A stretch of 64,000 bases of DNA from Trichosphaerium sp. ATCC 40318. Lineage: Eukaryota > Protista > Tubulinea. This document shows, piece by piece, positions 38,400 to 52,872 of the stretch; position 1 is the first letter of the stretch; each line of letters begins with the position of its first letter. The translations under genes and the position numbers were made by a program. The stretch spans positions 372,001-436,000 of the forward strand of contig JALMLS010000577.1 in NCBI GenBank assembly GCA_038496445.1, written 5' to 3'. Below the pieces are notes generated by a model, which was not told the DNA's origin, searched no databases, and was given only the letters and a program-made list of their open reading frames with translations.

Positions 38400-39565
38400 C
38401 CAATGTACAAAGTTTATAATGATGATTATGTACATGCCTTTTAGTAAAAAGCAGGGAAATACAAACTTTTTAGGCTTTTTATCCTTCTTTTTTTTTTTGT
38501 AGTTTACAATACACTGAGCGCCCGACTTTTCGTGCTTAAATAACCTTAAAATGACCACCACTACGCCGTATTATAAACTCCCAATACTTACACACCTCGT
38601 AGTGCAAGAGGGAGCAAATAATAAGAAAATTATCGAGCGCTTGTTCTTTTTTTTTTTTTGTCATTTCTTCCAAGCTTCCTGCTTTTGTTTTTTTTTTTTT
38701 GAAAGAAGGTGGTCCTTTGGTTGTTGTTTTTCTTTTACTGAACGAGGTTCTCTTCGAGAGCACTCACCAAATCAGATTGCGTGGGTGTATTATTTCGCTC
38801 TTCGTGCCCGTTTATTTGAGCCTCTGGGGGTGTATTTGGCGGGTTGTTGTTATTCCAATGTGTATTAGGGGCATTTGCTGTATTTGGCGCCATTTGTTGC
38901 TATAGAATAAAATAAACAACTAATATACGTGCATAAATCGAGTAATAGATATAAAATCGTCTGGCTGAATAGAAGAATTCAAGCAATAAAAAAAATAAAA
39001 TAAAATTGAAATAAAAATAACTCCATACCACTGGATATTGTCCAGGAGGCGAGTACGGTGGTGGAGCTCCTTGTGTTGTCTGATGCGGTTGACCAGGTTG
39101 CCCAGGCTGTACAGGCTGTGGTTGTCCAGGTGAGCCACCGCCATTATTATAGAATTGATAACCGTTAGGTCCGTAATTATATGGAGGATAAGCGTTTGGA
39201 TACGCGTATTGTGGTACAATATACTGATTAGGATAATATCCACCTTGTGGGTACCAAGTTGCGTTGTGATAAGGGTTAAAACCACTATAACTATAAGGTT
39301 ACAATTGAATACACTGTGAATTAACAAAAACAGGCAAATAAATAGTAAAAAGCTGTTTTTAGGCTTTTGGGAATAAAATAGAAAAATATTATCCAATAAA
39401 ACAGTTTTTATCCCAAAACGAAAGGCGCAATTTTCTTGTTTTAGTGTACCTTGGTACACCTCCTTGTGGATTATTGTACTGCATAACACGAGGTGGTACA
39501 CCTTGTGGCACGTAATGCTGTCTTGGAGCAACATCGGCCTTTCTATAAGCTGACGCCGCGTTCAT
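38400..39565 (-). CDS. Pro/Gln/Tyr-rich low-complexity protein; 3' end uncertain
   Basis: MNAASAYRKADVAPRQHYVPQGVPPRVMQYNNPQGGVP, then P/Q/Y-rich exons and a basic region. Confidence 0.55.
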
Positions 39566-40465
39566 CTAAACAAAATGTTTTTTTAATTTCTGGTGAAATT
39601 TCTGTTGTTGCGATTCGAAATTACCGTTTTACCGCAAAACGACAGTGATGGCGTATTTGTCGCGCTTTTGACCAAATCTGCATGTGCCATATCTGAAAAT
39701 GTGACAAAACCATACCTAGCGGTCGTTTTAAAAGAGTGGTTGTGTAGTTAATGCGCAAGAAAGGAAAACTTGTACAACCAAAGGCATTTTTATAGCAAAT
39801 AAAGCCCAAAACGTAAAAATAAGTTGCTTTTCTTTTTTCAGCGCTTCGTTTCTTTTCTGGAGGGCTGTACACCAGTTAAAAAAGCTACTGTGCATACTAT
39901 ACACTTAACAGTGCTGATCGCGAGTGCCGAAAACGCTTTTTGTGGTATTTTAGAGTTTTCGACAAAGAGAAATTTACAGAAGCCTGGACGTACCCTTTTG
40001 ATCTTCCAGTGTTATGGTCATATATTATTTTACATTCTAACACAGGTCCAAAATTATCTTCAAAAAAGGCTTTCAAGCTTGTTGCATCAGTCTAATAAAA
40101 TAAGCATGCATCTATTAAAGGCGCTACAGTATAGAAATTGTAAAAAAAAACGACTGTAGCAACGTAAATAGATCAAATCAAAAAAGGTTCGCTGTTTAGC
40201 AGTTATTTTTCGTTTTCAGTCCATCAGCTGCAAATACGCAGTTTAGGAAAGTGTTAATAAACGTTTACAACGGTTAGTAGTACCTTTGGGGATATACCAC
40301 CTACGAACACCTTGCGTGTGTCAACGTTAGCGTTCTTCATCGCTGGTTAGCCTGTATTTTGCTTAGAGTTAACGGTGGAACGTTTATTGTTGAAAAAGAT
40401 GGACTTGCTTAACTTCCCTAATACGTTCCTTAGGCTCAAGGCATTGCCCACGCGTGAATATACAC

Positions 40466-40966
40466 ATGGCTTTTCTCCAAGAGTGGATTGATCGTACGTA
40501 CTGACCGAAAATAAGGTCTAGTTTTTTGTTATTTGTTCTAGCACTTTCATTGTTAGCGTCAATGCTTACCTTTTAATCAAGAGACCGTGTGTGTAATAAC
40601 CAATGACGGGCGAAGTCTTGTTGTGCGTTTTTATATTAATTTCACTAACTGAGCGTACTGACACCTTGTTAAAGGGCAAATTAAAAGGTGTAGATCAGTA
40701 TATAAATTGCATTATAGAAGATTGCACTGAGCGAATCTTTAATGAGAATGGCTGCACTAGGGAGGTAGTAGGCTTATATATCGTTCGTGGTGACAACATG
40801 TACAGTTCTTAGCGTTGTTTTGTTTTTTTTTTTCTGAAAAAAATTCTGACAGTACAATACTGATGCTCGTATTAGCTGTGTAGTAGGCGAGATCGACTTA
40901 GATTTGGATTCAAAGATCAATTTTGCTGAAGTAAAAGGCGAACCTTTGCCTCCAGTTGTACATTAA
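40466..40966 (+). CDS. LSM8: U6 snRNA-associated Sm-like protein LSm8
   Basis: 4 exons give MAFLQEWIDQTVCVITNDGRSLVGKLKGVDQYINCIIEDCTERIF...GLYIVRGDNICVVGEIDLDLDSKINFAEVKGEPLPPVVH*. Confidence 0.92.
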
Positions 40967-41299
40967 ATTTACTCTTGTACCATTTCTACGCCACACAAAG
41001 CGGATAAGCTAGCTTTAGACAACAATTAAAAAACTCAAAAGTTTTTTTACTGTATCAAATAAAAGCCGCTTGGCGCTAATACGTGCGTAGCAATTATCAC
41101 TTCTACAATTGCATTTTGACAACTCCCGCTGTTTTATGATTTTTGCTCAAAAAACGAATCTTGTCGCCAAAAACGTGTTGTTTTTGTCTTAAAGAACCTG
41201 TTGAAGGCGTGAAAGGTACGTTGTTGGGTCAATTCAAGAAGAGAAGCAACACAAGATGCACGAAACGTTGATGACCATTATTAATTGAATCTACGAGCT

Positions 41300-43086
41300 T
41301 TATTGTTCAGCTGCTGCAATACACTCAGCCCATGCTTTAATACCTGCCCAGGTCTCTCTTATGGCATAGTCAATATAATCCTTATTGCTCAAGCTTCCTA
41401 TTATAGCATAAGTTAGCATTGTTTTTTTGGAAACTAAAATTCTGAGATTCTTACCTTGACTTCTGTTTTCAATTGAGTACGCATACTTTACGCCTTCGGC
41501 ACCATACATGTCATCGCTTGTGATGCCAGATGCTTGGTATATAACCGAACATGTATTACCCTCAGCCCATCTAGCGCCAGTCTCTCCTTGGATTGCATTC
41601 ACAGCCGCTGTTGAAAAAAAAAAAAGGTTAACTCAATACTGGTGCAAAAAAAAACTGGTAGGATTTGTCTGGTTTTCTGAGCATTGTTGAAAACCTTGTT
41701 AATGCGACAGTCTTTTATAGGAGTTTTTATTGTCTAGTACCTTGTCCACAAAGTCTTTGGGCGGCATTGTCAGGTGGTACATCATCACATTCATAACCCC
41801 AAGGATTCATCCACATGTTACCACAGCAATGGATATCAATATAGCCAACTAAGTTCTCAATAGAGCGACCATAATCACGAATAACAACTGATTCAGGTTC
41901 GCTGAAAGCTTCAGGTCCTAACACAAAACATTAATACAAATCCATTGAGATTGCATTACCTCTAAAGCTTCCAGAGCTTGGGTTTCCAGAACTACCGCCA
42001 CCACCGAAACCAACACCGAAATTTCTGTTAAGGTCAACGCCTCTGTAAGTAGACCCAGCATTAACACGTCTTAAGAACTACTATTAGAATGTACATCTCA
42101 AGTGCATAGAAAGGAATAGACTAACCTGTTCTTACGCCAGTTACGGTCAGTACTCCAAGTGTACAAAAATCCATCTGGATTGACAACAGGGAAAATATGC
42201 CACGTGAATTGTGCAAGAAGATGTGTGTTTGTTAAGAGTTGCTTGATCGCGTTATTACACTAACTGCATGTAAGTATAAATTCGGAAAGCAACAAACACG
42301 AGCTTCATACCACTGGTGTGTTAATCCACTAAACAACAAGTTAGCAAACGGTGGGTAAGATATAGAGTTTTAAGCCGTACTTCGCGGGCGTGAATAGTGC
42401 AAATGAAGTAAATACTCATATCTCCAGTTCCCATTACAACACCATTAATCTCATTACCTTCTAAACTCAAACCAGGTCTGACACGAGTTACCTAGCAACA
42501 TCTATGATTAGATGTCACAACAAATATGTTTGTTGTACCAGTGGACTAGCGTCAGCGACGCCATCAAGCCAAGAGTTAACTTCGTCAAGGGTCCTAAAAG
42601 TATCAAAGAACTCAGAGGCATGTCTGGCTTCTTCCTAGTGAAAGATTAAAGTCCAGTAAAGTATCGTATCTTTGGACTTACGATTTCTCTAGCTTCCTTG
42701 TCGAAAACTTCTTGGACATCTCTGCCGACAACAGCATCCAGTTCAGTGGTCATTAAAACGCCGACCATATCTGGTTCTACCTTAGTAAAAATGAGTTTAA
42801 CCGTTTTAGGACCGAAACGATTCGTCACGTGATATTTCCGAAAAAGAAGAAAGGTTTTGTTGTTTTTCTGTTTGTTTTGTTTTGTAAGGTGACCTACCAA
42901 TACAGTAACGGTATTTTCAACCGTGTTACGTTCCCATACATCTAGATTATACTTCTCGACGTATGTTTGGATCTTTGTAGCGCTTGTGATGTTGTTGATA
43001 TGAACAAACTTGTATCCATGGTAGCTGACACGGGAAAGTGCTAGGTGAGCACAAAATAAGAGCACAAGAGCTATTACAACCTTCAT
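41300..43086 (-). CDS. Secreted M14 zinc carboxypeptidase (A/B-like, with propeptide)
   Basis: Signal [10 protein letters not shown]; [35 protein letters not shown] and SIENR motifs. Confidence 0.92.
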
Positions 43087-43594
43087 TGTAGCTTTGGTGG
43101 TTAAGATCTTGTAGGTACTTAAAGCAATCAATTTTGAACGTTGCCTTGGGTCGTAGTTAAGGAACGAGGAGAAGATCAAGCATACCATGCGGGTTTCATA
43201 TAAACAGTGACATTTTTTGGACAGGCACAAAATGTTGAGTTTTCTAGGCCTACGATCACTAAACCCTTTTGTTGTAAGAAATGGTACGTATAAATAGTAC
43301 GTAATTGGCTGTTTTATAGGAAGTTGCTGCCTCGTCCCTAAGAAAACTGATAATTTTATTACATGAAACAATGAAAATTACGTTGTGTGGAAACGTTTCA
43401 TTAAAACAGTTGGTGACATAGACTTCCTCGAAACATATCAGGTTATCATTGTCAGACCGAAATATGTACATGGTGTGCCTGTTCCGGTATAGAAGGTTGT
43501 GCAACACAAGGCGTGTTTTGAATGTTGGCAGTACATTTACTTGATAGTGAATGATTGAAATGGAGTAGCAAGGTTGCAATAACTAACATTTATT

Positions 43595-44967
43595 CTACAG
43601 TACAAAAGCATACACAACCAATAAAGCAGCAAAGCTTAATTGTAACAAGCTTCCAGTTGAAGCGTCAACTGGTGCAGATGTGTCGACTGGAGCAGTAGTT
43701 GGAGAAGTAGGCTCTAAGGAACTAGGCACAAACTTGGAGACTTGGCGGCTATTAAGGGGTTGTACAGGCCTTGCATTTCCTTTCAGAACAGGAACTGTTT
43801 GAAGAGCATTGAATTGATCCACTGTGATTGCTCTAGCATCCTTCATTATGTAAAACTGTACGCTCTCAGAACATGGTGGTGTAGTCAATGAACCTGAGTA
43901 AGTGTAGTACTCTTTATCATTAACAGAGTCTCCAAGAGTAGCCAACTACAAACGCAGACGTCAGTCAAGATATGTTAGGTAATTCTGAAAAAGTGCAAGT
44001 GAAATCAATGCTATCTAAAAAAAGTATTATAAAGAGCGTACATTTAAAGTAACATTAGACGAATTTCCAGATAATAGAGGCAACATAGGTGTCAACTAAA
44101 CAATCATTAAAATACTTGATTTGTTTTCCAACAAAAAAGAAGCAATCGAACCGCTGCAATAAAAGGATCTTCTGTTATAACACTTGCATCAGCCTCAAAA
44201 GCAATACCAACAACGGTGATTTTTGAATCTAGAATATGAACCTACAAGGGCAGCTGTTAACAAATAGTGCGTATTGTAAGAAAGAAAGATGTTTTTGTAC
44301 CAAATGAACTTCAGCGGACTTTGATGCTCCTTCAAATGTATGCTCACTCAAAACGTGCAAATGAAATTGAATAAGAGGTAGTGATTCACCGCCGATTGTT
44401 GTTGACAATGATCTATCATCAACATCAACTAAAAAACAATTAAGTATTTATCGGACGTCAGTTTTCACGAAGTGTACTTTGAATGTTGTGCCCTGTATTC
44501 CTTAATTCATAGTCTACGCTAGCACCATACTGAGTGCTCTAATGTAGGTGTTTTTAGCCACAAAACGACTTATGAAAAGAAGCACTAACCAAAGCCATTA
44601 GATTTGAGTCTGCTACTGCGTCAGCATCCTTTATATCGATAGGAGATTGGCTTGAACCATCGCAATCTATCAATCAAATCAACATGGACGTTCGTAGCAA
44701 ATAAGAGGAAAAAGTAACGTAACACCACGAAGGTATCACGTGATAACACCAAAAAAAACCGTTACATTTTACCCAACTGACTGTTTTTAAACAAAATATG
44801 ATTTGTGAGCGTATGGGTAGCTGATCAAAGTTAGACGTACCTGGGTTTGAGCAATATGTTGCCCAGTTACTTGGTCCGCTAAGGGTGTTGTCGTATGTGT
44901 AATGGCAAGAAGCACCAAAAGTGTAAGAAATCAAAGAGATAAATGCGAGTAACTTGAGGAGATGCAT
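43595..44967 (-). CDS. Alpha carbonic anhydrase, secreted/GPI-type
   Basis: GPSNW, QSPIDI, QFHLH..SEH...EVH, YSGSLTTPPCSE and NARPVQPLNSR motifs; hydrophobic C-terminus. Confidence 0.92.
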
Positions 44968-46005
44968 TTGTTGTTGTTGTAATTGACAAGTTGTGTTTGT
45001 TTAGTAATAAAGAGCAAACGTAGGGTCAAAAGTGGTCATTCGTAGGTTTAACGCGTGAACCAACCCACCACCAGTCTCGACACTATATTTATTGCTCGAG
45101 TTTTTATGGGTTTTTTCGTGAAAATAAAAATACGGTTTAAAACCGCCCTATTGTTGGTGCTGATACTAGCGCTAGTTCTTCTCATTCCGCTAGTACTCAT
45201 CCGGTGCAGGATTATGTCGGGTTTCATTTAAAACAGACATAGTTTGGACAAGAGCATAAAATTACGAGTTTTCTTAGGGACGATTTGGTCGGCAATGTCG
45301 CTTAAAACAGCCAATAACGTACTATTTTTGTACTATTTATTAGTACAACAAAAGGGTTTAAGTGATTGTGGTTGGCTAGAAAACTCATAATTTTATGCTC
45401 TTGTACAAACTTTTCTTTTTAGCTAGCATTTGCTTTGTAGTTATCTGTGGGCGTAAGGTATTCAATACCAAAGTTTTTAACCAAACAAAAAATGTCCCAG
45501 TTTTAAATGCAAATCGACAAGTTAGTAGGGACAGATAACCAAAAACAAATATCACACATGATACTTGAAGATACATTCACTCTTCCACATACCTATCAGT
45601 ATCAAAGATTCTAATCTAACACAAACATATACTCTTCGAGGTCTTATTTTGATGGATATATGTCAACTGTGATAAACAATGGACTTGCAATGATAAAAAT
45701 AATAACTTTCAAAAAAACATGTACAATGCCAAAAACTAGAGATACATTTGGCACATTTCCGTCTTTCCGAATGATCCCCGCCTGTTGCTCATTGTTGGAG
45801 TAGGGATATCTGAAGTAGTGGTGATAACATCCTAAGTTGGAATGAAGAGCAACATATTCCTACCGAACTTTCCAGTGAAGTTGTAATGACCATGGTTCCT
45901 CGAACTCATTTTATTCTGAAAAAGGTACGACTTGGGAGAAGAATTCTTAACTTTTTCTGAAATTAAAACCAAGTTAAAACCAGCTTATTATATAACATCT
46001 ATTGA

Positions 46006-46848
46006 ATGCAAGACAACTCAGCCGCTCAAAAACAAACCAACAAGTACGTGTTATTAGCCACACATCTCAAAACGCTAAAAAACCATCCTGTTAAACACTT
46101 TGCTAAAGACATTTACTAGTAATGTGATTACAAGCGAAAAATCACGTTTAGTGCTTACAAACATACCAGTTGAACTGAAATTCATGATCTTCAGTCTAGA
46201 TGATGAGGTTTATTTAAAATGGCCTCTCATCTCAAAGAACCTCGCTTATACATCAAGATTTGATGATTTGATGCGTAAGAGTGGCGTGTGGAGAAAATGG
46301 AAGCAAACTAAAGCCGAAACCAGTAGCAGAATTCTTACACGCACTTGGGGAAGAAAGAAACGTTATGGTAAACAGGAAAAAGAACCCAAAAAAACCAAAA
46401 AAGAAAAGTTTGACTTTTCTAGACGAACGCTCTTCTCTGTGTCTAACTTTCGAGCTGGAAAACTACACGGGAAGCAGATAGAGTATTCTGGTAATCAACT
46501 AGTAGCTGAAAGGTATTACAAATATGGCAAGTTGGACGGTAATTTTCGTTCTTATCGATTTGGTAAAGTCAATGTAACATGCCGTTACAAGTCTAACAAG
46601 CTCCATGGAGAGCATAAAGAATACTATGACAATGGAGATATATATCGTATTATACACTATAAAGTACGTGATTTAATCATAATAGACACCAAACGTTGTT
46701 ATTACATTTGTTTTTATTGTGCAATGTAATCTTACTTTGATTGTAGTTTGGAAAAAAGAATGGAGATTGCAAAATTTGGAATTTGGATGGGCAATTATTA
46801 GAGAACAGCGTATATTCTGATGGCATATGGATGAAAAATAAGAAGTAA
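46006..46848 (+). CDS. F-box-like + MORN-variant repeat protein, divergent copy C
   Basis: LTNIPVELKFMIFSLDDEVYLKWPLISK...TSRFDD parallels copies A/B; GKLHGK and LHGEHKEYYDNG repeats; one intron near the 3' end. Confidence 0.8.
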
Positions 46849-47145
46849 AAATCTACAAATAACTAGACGGAGCTTCTGGGAACCAAATAAATCAATTTCA
46901 ATTGAATGTTGTTTTCAGTAGGATTTTCGAATTGTCTAGGCTAATCCTAGTATCATATTACTACCAAAGGGATGTTACTTCATTTAGTCTCAGCAATAAA
47001 TACTTTGCAAAACCGGACTGCGAATCTGTCGTTACTTCGCTGAGTTTGGTGTGCAAAACCAAGTGCTTCCAGTTTAGGTGAGCAAATCCAGTAAAATTAC
47101 TAAAACTTAACAGAATATTCTCAAACATTTTGAACTCAACACCGC

Positions 47146-49862
47146 ATGTCCGGTACGTTTAACTTGCTGACATAACGTTTTAGATCAATATTTTGCATTC
47201 TAATACGTTATAGACCTTGGAAGAGGGCGCAGAGTCGTCAAAAGGAGAGTAAATGTGAAAAACACCACACGGTCACGGGATAGCGATAAACTAGTCACAT
47301 ACTTGTCCAATAGCGTTACTAAACACGATTTAAAGGCTTATGCCAAACAAAACCTACTAATAAAGGCTACGCTTTCTCCTCGTGCAATGGCTGAGGCTAT
47401 CGCTGATTCTGTACCTGCTGGTACGTTTAACTTAAATCGCTCAACTATTTTTTTTTTCTTTTTTGGGGAAGCGATTTGTTTCTTTTTGTTAACACCTTGA
47501 TAGTTGAATTACTCAAACAAAGAGTATCCGAATTGAAGAATCAAACAAGGGACGCTTCTATTTCAGGTCTAAAATTAAAACACGAGTATGTCTGGGCTTT
47601 ACTTACATTCTGCGGTACGCACATTAATTCACTCAAAAATTGTGATTGATTGTTTTTTTTGGAAAAACCTAAAAACAGTAAGTCCAGAAATTCAAACGTG
47701 AAGAAATTTTAGATTAAAAAAACCTTGTAGTTAAATTGTAATCAATATTCAAAGAGTTTACTTTAAGAATTGTCTTACTAAGTATAGAGCCAAGACTTGT
47801 AAAGCAACAAAAAGGGAAACAACAAAAAAAATCAAAAGCAGAAAGGAAGAGGCAGAGATCCGATTCTTCGAACAGCACAGTCAGATACCAGTCTAAAAAT
47901 AAACGTGCCAAACTGAAGACCAAACCTGAGACTTTGAAGCATAAAAACCAACAAGATGAGCGGAGGGCGAAGACTGGAGACAATCTTCACAGAATAGATA
48001 AAGAAAAATCTAAAGGCATGCTACTAGCAATGGAAGAATTGCAAGAGAATTATGCAGCACAGTTTAGAGAGATTAAAGCAATAGCTAACAAGAACAGTGA
48101 ATCAATTACACGTTACTTCAATACAGAAGGACGGAATAAGCTTATCAGAACCCTCATCAGGACTGGTATGTAATCATTTTCCTTTCCTATTTTATTAACA
48201 TTTCAGATCTATCAATGCTTTGGGATCTTTTACATGAAGAGAAGAGGTATAAGAACACTAAAATGTTATGGTTCTTTGCCTTCATGGTATATACAAAATT
48301 CGTGGGTATGGGTAATAGTGACAAATCAGTATATCCAATGGAAGGTGGTATAATACAGTACCCCAAAAACATAGTTAAAAAAACGCTGTTAAGGAGACTA
48401 AACAATTCTGGCATGAAAGACCTGAAGTGTTGGAATACCTACCAGACACACGGAGACTGTAAAAGACCTGATATATTGTTTACTGCCAATCTAGACACCA
48501 TTGACATACCTAAGTCAATGTACGTTTGTATTTTTTGGGAGGTTAAGAAAGGTAACAGTACTTTTTCAAAGAACGATAGGATGCAAATGGTGTACGTTCT
48601 TTGTTTTTTTCTGGACAACCCTTTCTGCTTTTTGAGCTGTTTCTAACTTTTTTTGAATAGTAGGTATTTACCTCAAGGGTTTCTAGCACAGCCTACCCAA
48701 ACTAGAATCACTGGTGTCTTGTCAAACGCAAAATACATCATGTTCTTTCAGATGAAGTATATTGACGCAACTGGCGAATATGAGGTAGAAGCATCTCCTG
48801 AGTATGAGTATGACTGCTCTGACTCTATGGGTGTTAAGCTAGTAAATCATCTCTTGAGCTGTACACCAAGGTATCTTGGATGGCATATACCAATGTTCGA
48901 ATACAACAAGAAAACTATGTACCTGAGTGTATTCTTGGAACCGGATCAAGTGCTTCTGTGTATAAGCTTAATACAAGAATCCCTGCAGCAGTCAAGGTGT
49001 TTAAAAGCGGATATGAAGAATGGGGGAAAAGGGAGCGCAAAATGTTGGATATTTTATCCGATAATGGTGTATCAGGGACTCCTAAAGTTGTATGTAAATG
49101 TTTTTTCTTGGTTTAAACTAAACTTGTTTTGAGGTCTTTGCGGGTGCAACCATAGATGATGAACAGTTCTATTTTGCCATGACACCTGTCGGTGAGCGAT
49201 TACACTCTAGAATCAATGGAGAAGGACCTTCGTTTTCTCAAGTTGTAGATACTCTACAGCACTCGCACAAACTTGGATATGTTCATAGGTACTTTTTTCT
49301 ATCATTATTTTCATTGACTAATTACCTAACTTATTTAAAAAAAAGGGATGTAACTACAACTAATATTGTAGTCGTACAAGATAATCTTTACTTGATTGAC
49401 TGGAGTACAGCTGTAGAGGTTGATTCTGTACAACTTTACAATGGTACTATTGTGAATGCTTGCGAAGAAGTCCTGCTACAGAGAGCTATTAACAATACTG
49501 TTCAAAATAAGCCTTGGCATGATCTTGAAGCCCTCGTTAGAGGGTACATATTATTTACAATGAAAGATTTTCAAATCGTCAATGACATAATTGATGCGCA
49601 AGATGAAATAGGATGGAGAGGTGTTATTAATCGAGCAATATTTGGGAAGTTTATGAGTAACTGGAGAGCTCTTTGTGCAATTAAGGCGTATTCTAAGCCT
49701 CTATCATATGCACGCAATTGTAATTACAGCGCACTAAAAATGTGGTTTGATGATCACATGGTAGTTCTTAAGGTTGATATTGAGGAATACTCATTTCCCC
49801 AAACCTACCTAGAAAAGCTTGAAAAACAAGAACACGAACACAAAAAGAGAATCTTCAAGTGA
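47146..49862 (+). CDS. Crinkler-like PD-(D/E)xK REase + protein kinase (one apparent frameshift at about 48912)
   Basis: KRPDILFT...IFWEVKK; LGTGSSASVYK, AVKVFK, VHR/DVTTTNI (split by an intron), LIDWSTA, DLEAL. Confidence 0.75.
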
Positions 49863-50520
49863 CGTAATTTACAATTGTAATGGGGTTAATAGTTATGAGG
49901 ACTCGTAAAAATTTCATGTCAGTTGAATATGTTAAACAAATGTACAAAGCACCAAATGAAACGTTTTACCCCGTGTTATTTAGAAAACGAGCTACTTCTT
50001 ACTTGTAAAAAGAAGATGAGAGCGCTGACTAAAATAAAGATACAAGGAGAATAAACAAGAAGAAGAGTTAAACTGGCATTTATTTGTGTACCATTTAAGT
50101 TACCTGCACCAAGCCAGCATTCAGAGATAGACTCATATACAATAGTAGCATGATGATAGAAAACCGCAAAGTGTACCACCGTAGAAACAAGCCTCCAAAA
50201 TAGGACGGCCAGAAAACTTGCTGGTTTGATGTTGGTTGTATTACATACAAAGGACATGGAGTGTTTATTGATCACTCAGATAGAACAACTAAGGTAAATG
50301 TCAGAACGCATGTAAGCACCTAACCCCTCTTCTATATATTTGTATGAACAACTGAAGTGCTTAATTCCCTCATTTGAGATTCTGATAGCTGTTGCTAAAC
50401 TGTGACATCCTAAATTTGAAATGTGATCCAAGTGATTATTGTCGAGCCCAACAACTTTGATTAACAAACACAACAATTATCGTTTTCTTATTGGCGTCAA
50501 TAAACATATCACGCTATCTT

Positions 50521-52492
50521 ATGTATATGTTACAACTATGGCAATTATTGGTTTTCGTGGTAGTTTCTAGAGGTACGCTGTATATTGCATCATACCGCAC
50601 GTGTAGCTTGCTTTTGACAACTTTCCAAGGACAATCTTTTACGGCACAAGTTTCGTACGTGTTAGAGATAGACACGTGCGAGAACGTACTATTAGAACCT
50701 GGTACTTCAACTGAAAGCTTTGCATTGATCAAATACACTACTGAATTCATTATCTGTATGACCGGGTGGTTTGTTAACAGTATTTGTGCTCATGTTACTT
50801 CATTGTAGTTGATGTTTTGAATGCTCAAATCGTTTTAACCTCGTCGGGCTTTAACACAGCTGGTTCTATACATGAGATGATGACAGACTGGTCTAACTAT
50901 ACAAATTGGGCGTCATATCCAAATTCTAGCGGACCTGGTACTTTTTTTCGGGCATTTTGTATTTTATGCCGCATTTGGATTAAAGCAAATAGTTGCTGGA
51001 TTTGATTATGTCTCTGATGCTATTACAACGTACTCTACACTTTCTGATGGCCAAAGATTAAAAGTAAACGCTACAAATGCGAGGAAGGATAAATCTAATG
51101 GTTGGCTCATTAAAAGCAGTATGGCGTAGTTTACCAAACAAGCTAGTTTTTGAAATCACGTGTTTAGGTAGCGGCGACGTCCACAATCATTTCTATTGGT
51201 GTGATGCATCGTCTATACCATCCAGGCCAATATTTACAATTGAGAGTAGCTATCCGTATCCTATTGTGGTACATACATATGAAGATCCACGCACGTGCTT
51301 TGTAAATTAAGGGTTTTGTATTTCATGACAAACAGATTTTTAGTTGGTAAACAAGATTATCCTCCTCCGTATATTGCTTACACACGCCTTTGTGCGTTTA
51401 TTGAAGAAATGGGGTACATTCATCCAGATATCGAAGCGGAATTAAAGAAGGGTTCCATGGTAATTAATGGCCGCCGTGTTGAAACCGAACATGTCCCCGC
51501 TATAAACAACACAATACGCAAGTTGAGTATTGACTTTTATTCTAACGTTCACCGTTAGATGGCTTTTGTATGACTGTCCCTCCTGGACTAAATACAGAAA
51601 CAGTTGATCTTGGCCTTAGTCAGAGTACTGTAAATGTGATGTGGGAACCTCTAGGTTACACAAGGAAGCTTCCGGATGAAATTGGTATGTAACAATCATG
51701 AACCAAGTTGTTCCACATGTTAGATTCACGCGTTTTCTAGGTTGTCAAAGATTCGGCTGTGAAAATAGTACAGTTGTTATAAATGGTACTTTAGAGGGCG
51801 AAGTATTCGGATCTTCGACTGGTATTGTGATCATCAATGATGTCATAATTAATGGAAACTTCAGCGTTCAACAAGGTAAGTGGAATAGGATTTATCTTTA
51901 TGAAACTCAGCGCACGTATTAGGATCGATCACTATTGAATCAAACGAAACTATGGTGACAATAAACGGATGTATATCAGCTACTGAAGGTATCAAAGTAA
52001 GATTAAATAACAGAACATACGTAGATGGTGAAGTTGTGATCCAAGTTTTCACACAGTGTAAATCCCAAGTACGTAGATTAATGCATATCACAAAGTTATG
52101 TATTGGTAGAGCACAACTGTTGAGTTTATTGGTGGAACTACATCCGTACGTATTTCTGTCTTTAGCTGTTTCTTATCTAATACTATGATAGAATGCATGC
52201 GAGAGAATAGAAGCAGTAGAGAGTACTAACGCACGTGGTTTTGCAGTAGCAATATCCATCAATACAAATGATTGCAGAAAGGCAGATGTGAATTTGTATG
52301 TTGTCATACTCTCTGTAGTAGGAGTAGTTGTATTATTATCCCTTATCATTGCAGTGGCTTTATATGGTCATAGGTATGTAATATTATCTTAACTTCAGAT
52401 TGTATTAAACAGTCACTAGATTATACTACCGCAAAGGATTCTCATTTTCTGATGTTGTTATTGCCAGAAGTGACTCGACAAGCAGTGACTGA
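50521..52492 (+). CDS. Type I membrane protein of unknown function (multi-exon)
   Basis: Signal MLQLWQLLVFVVVS, beta-rich ectodomain exons, TM VVILSVVGVVVLLSLIIAVALY, short tail. Confidence 0.6.
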
Positions 52493-52872
52493 GTGTTTGG
52501 CATATCGCCTGAACTTATTGCTAGATACAGCGTGCATACATCAATAAACTTATATTCACTACTCCTTGTCACAACTACTTCACTATCTTAGTTTGATTCC
52601 ACGGGAACTTGCTTTGCAAGAAACACAAAAAGGATCCCCATAAACTTCATATTCAAGCTATTTTAAACAACTGAGTTGCCTTACTACTAGCTAAAACCTT
52701 GCAAGTTGTGTATTATGTACTCTAAGAGTTTCTGGGAACAGATTATTAAATTTATTTAGATAGCTAGAACCTTTGTACGATTGAGCAGAAATCAATCAAG
52801 TAGATTGAAAGTCGAAAAGCCACTTTTGAGCCACTGTTCGTATTTCACAACACATAACGCTAAGCGATTATT

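Noticed and set aside
36900-38400. Possible gene in short ORFs (e.g. 37605-37832)
   Set aside because: Could not build a consistent spliced frame or recognise a domain; may be a decayed gene.
45600-45910. Possible small spliced gene on the minus strand
   Set aside because: Plausible splice sites, but no recognisable product and ambiguous phase.
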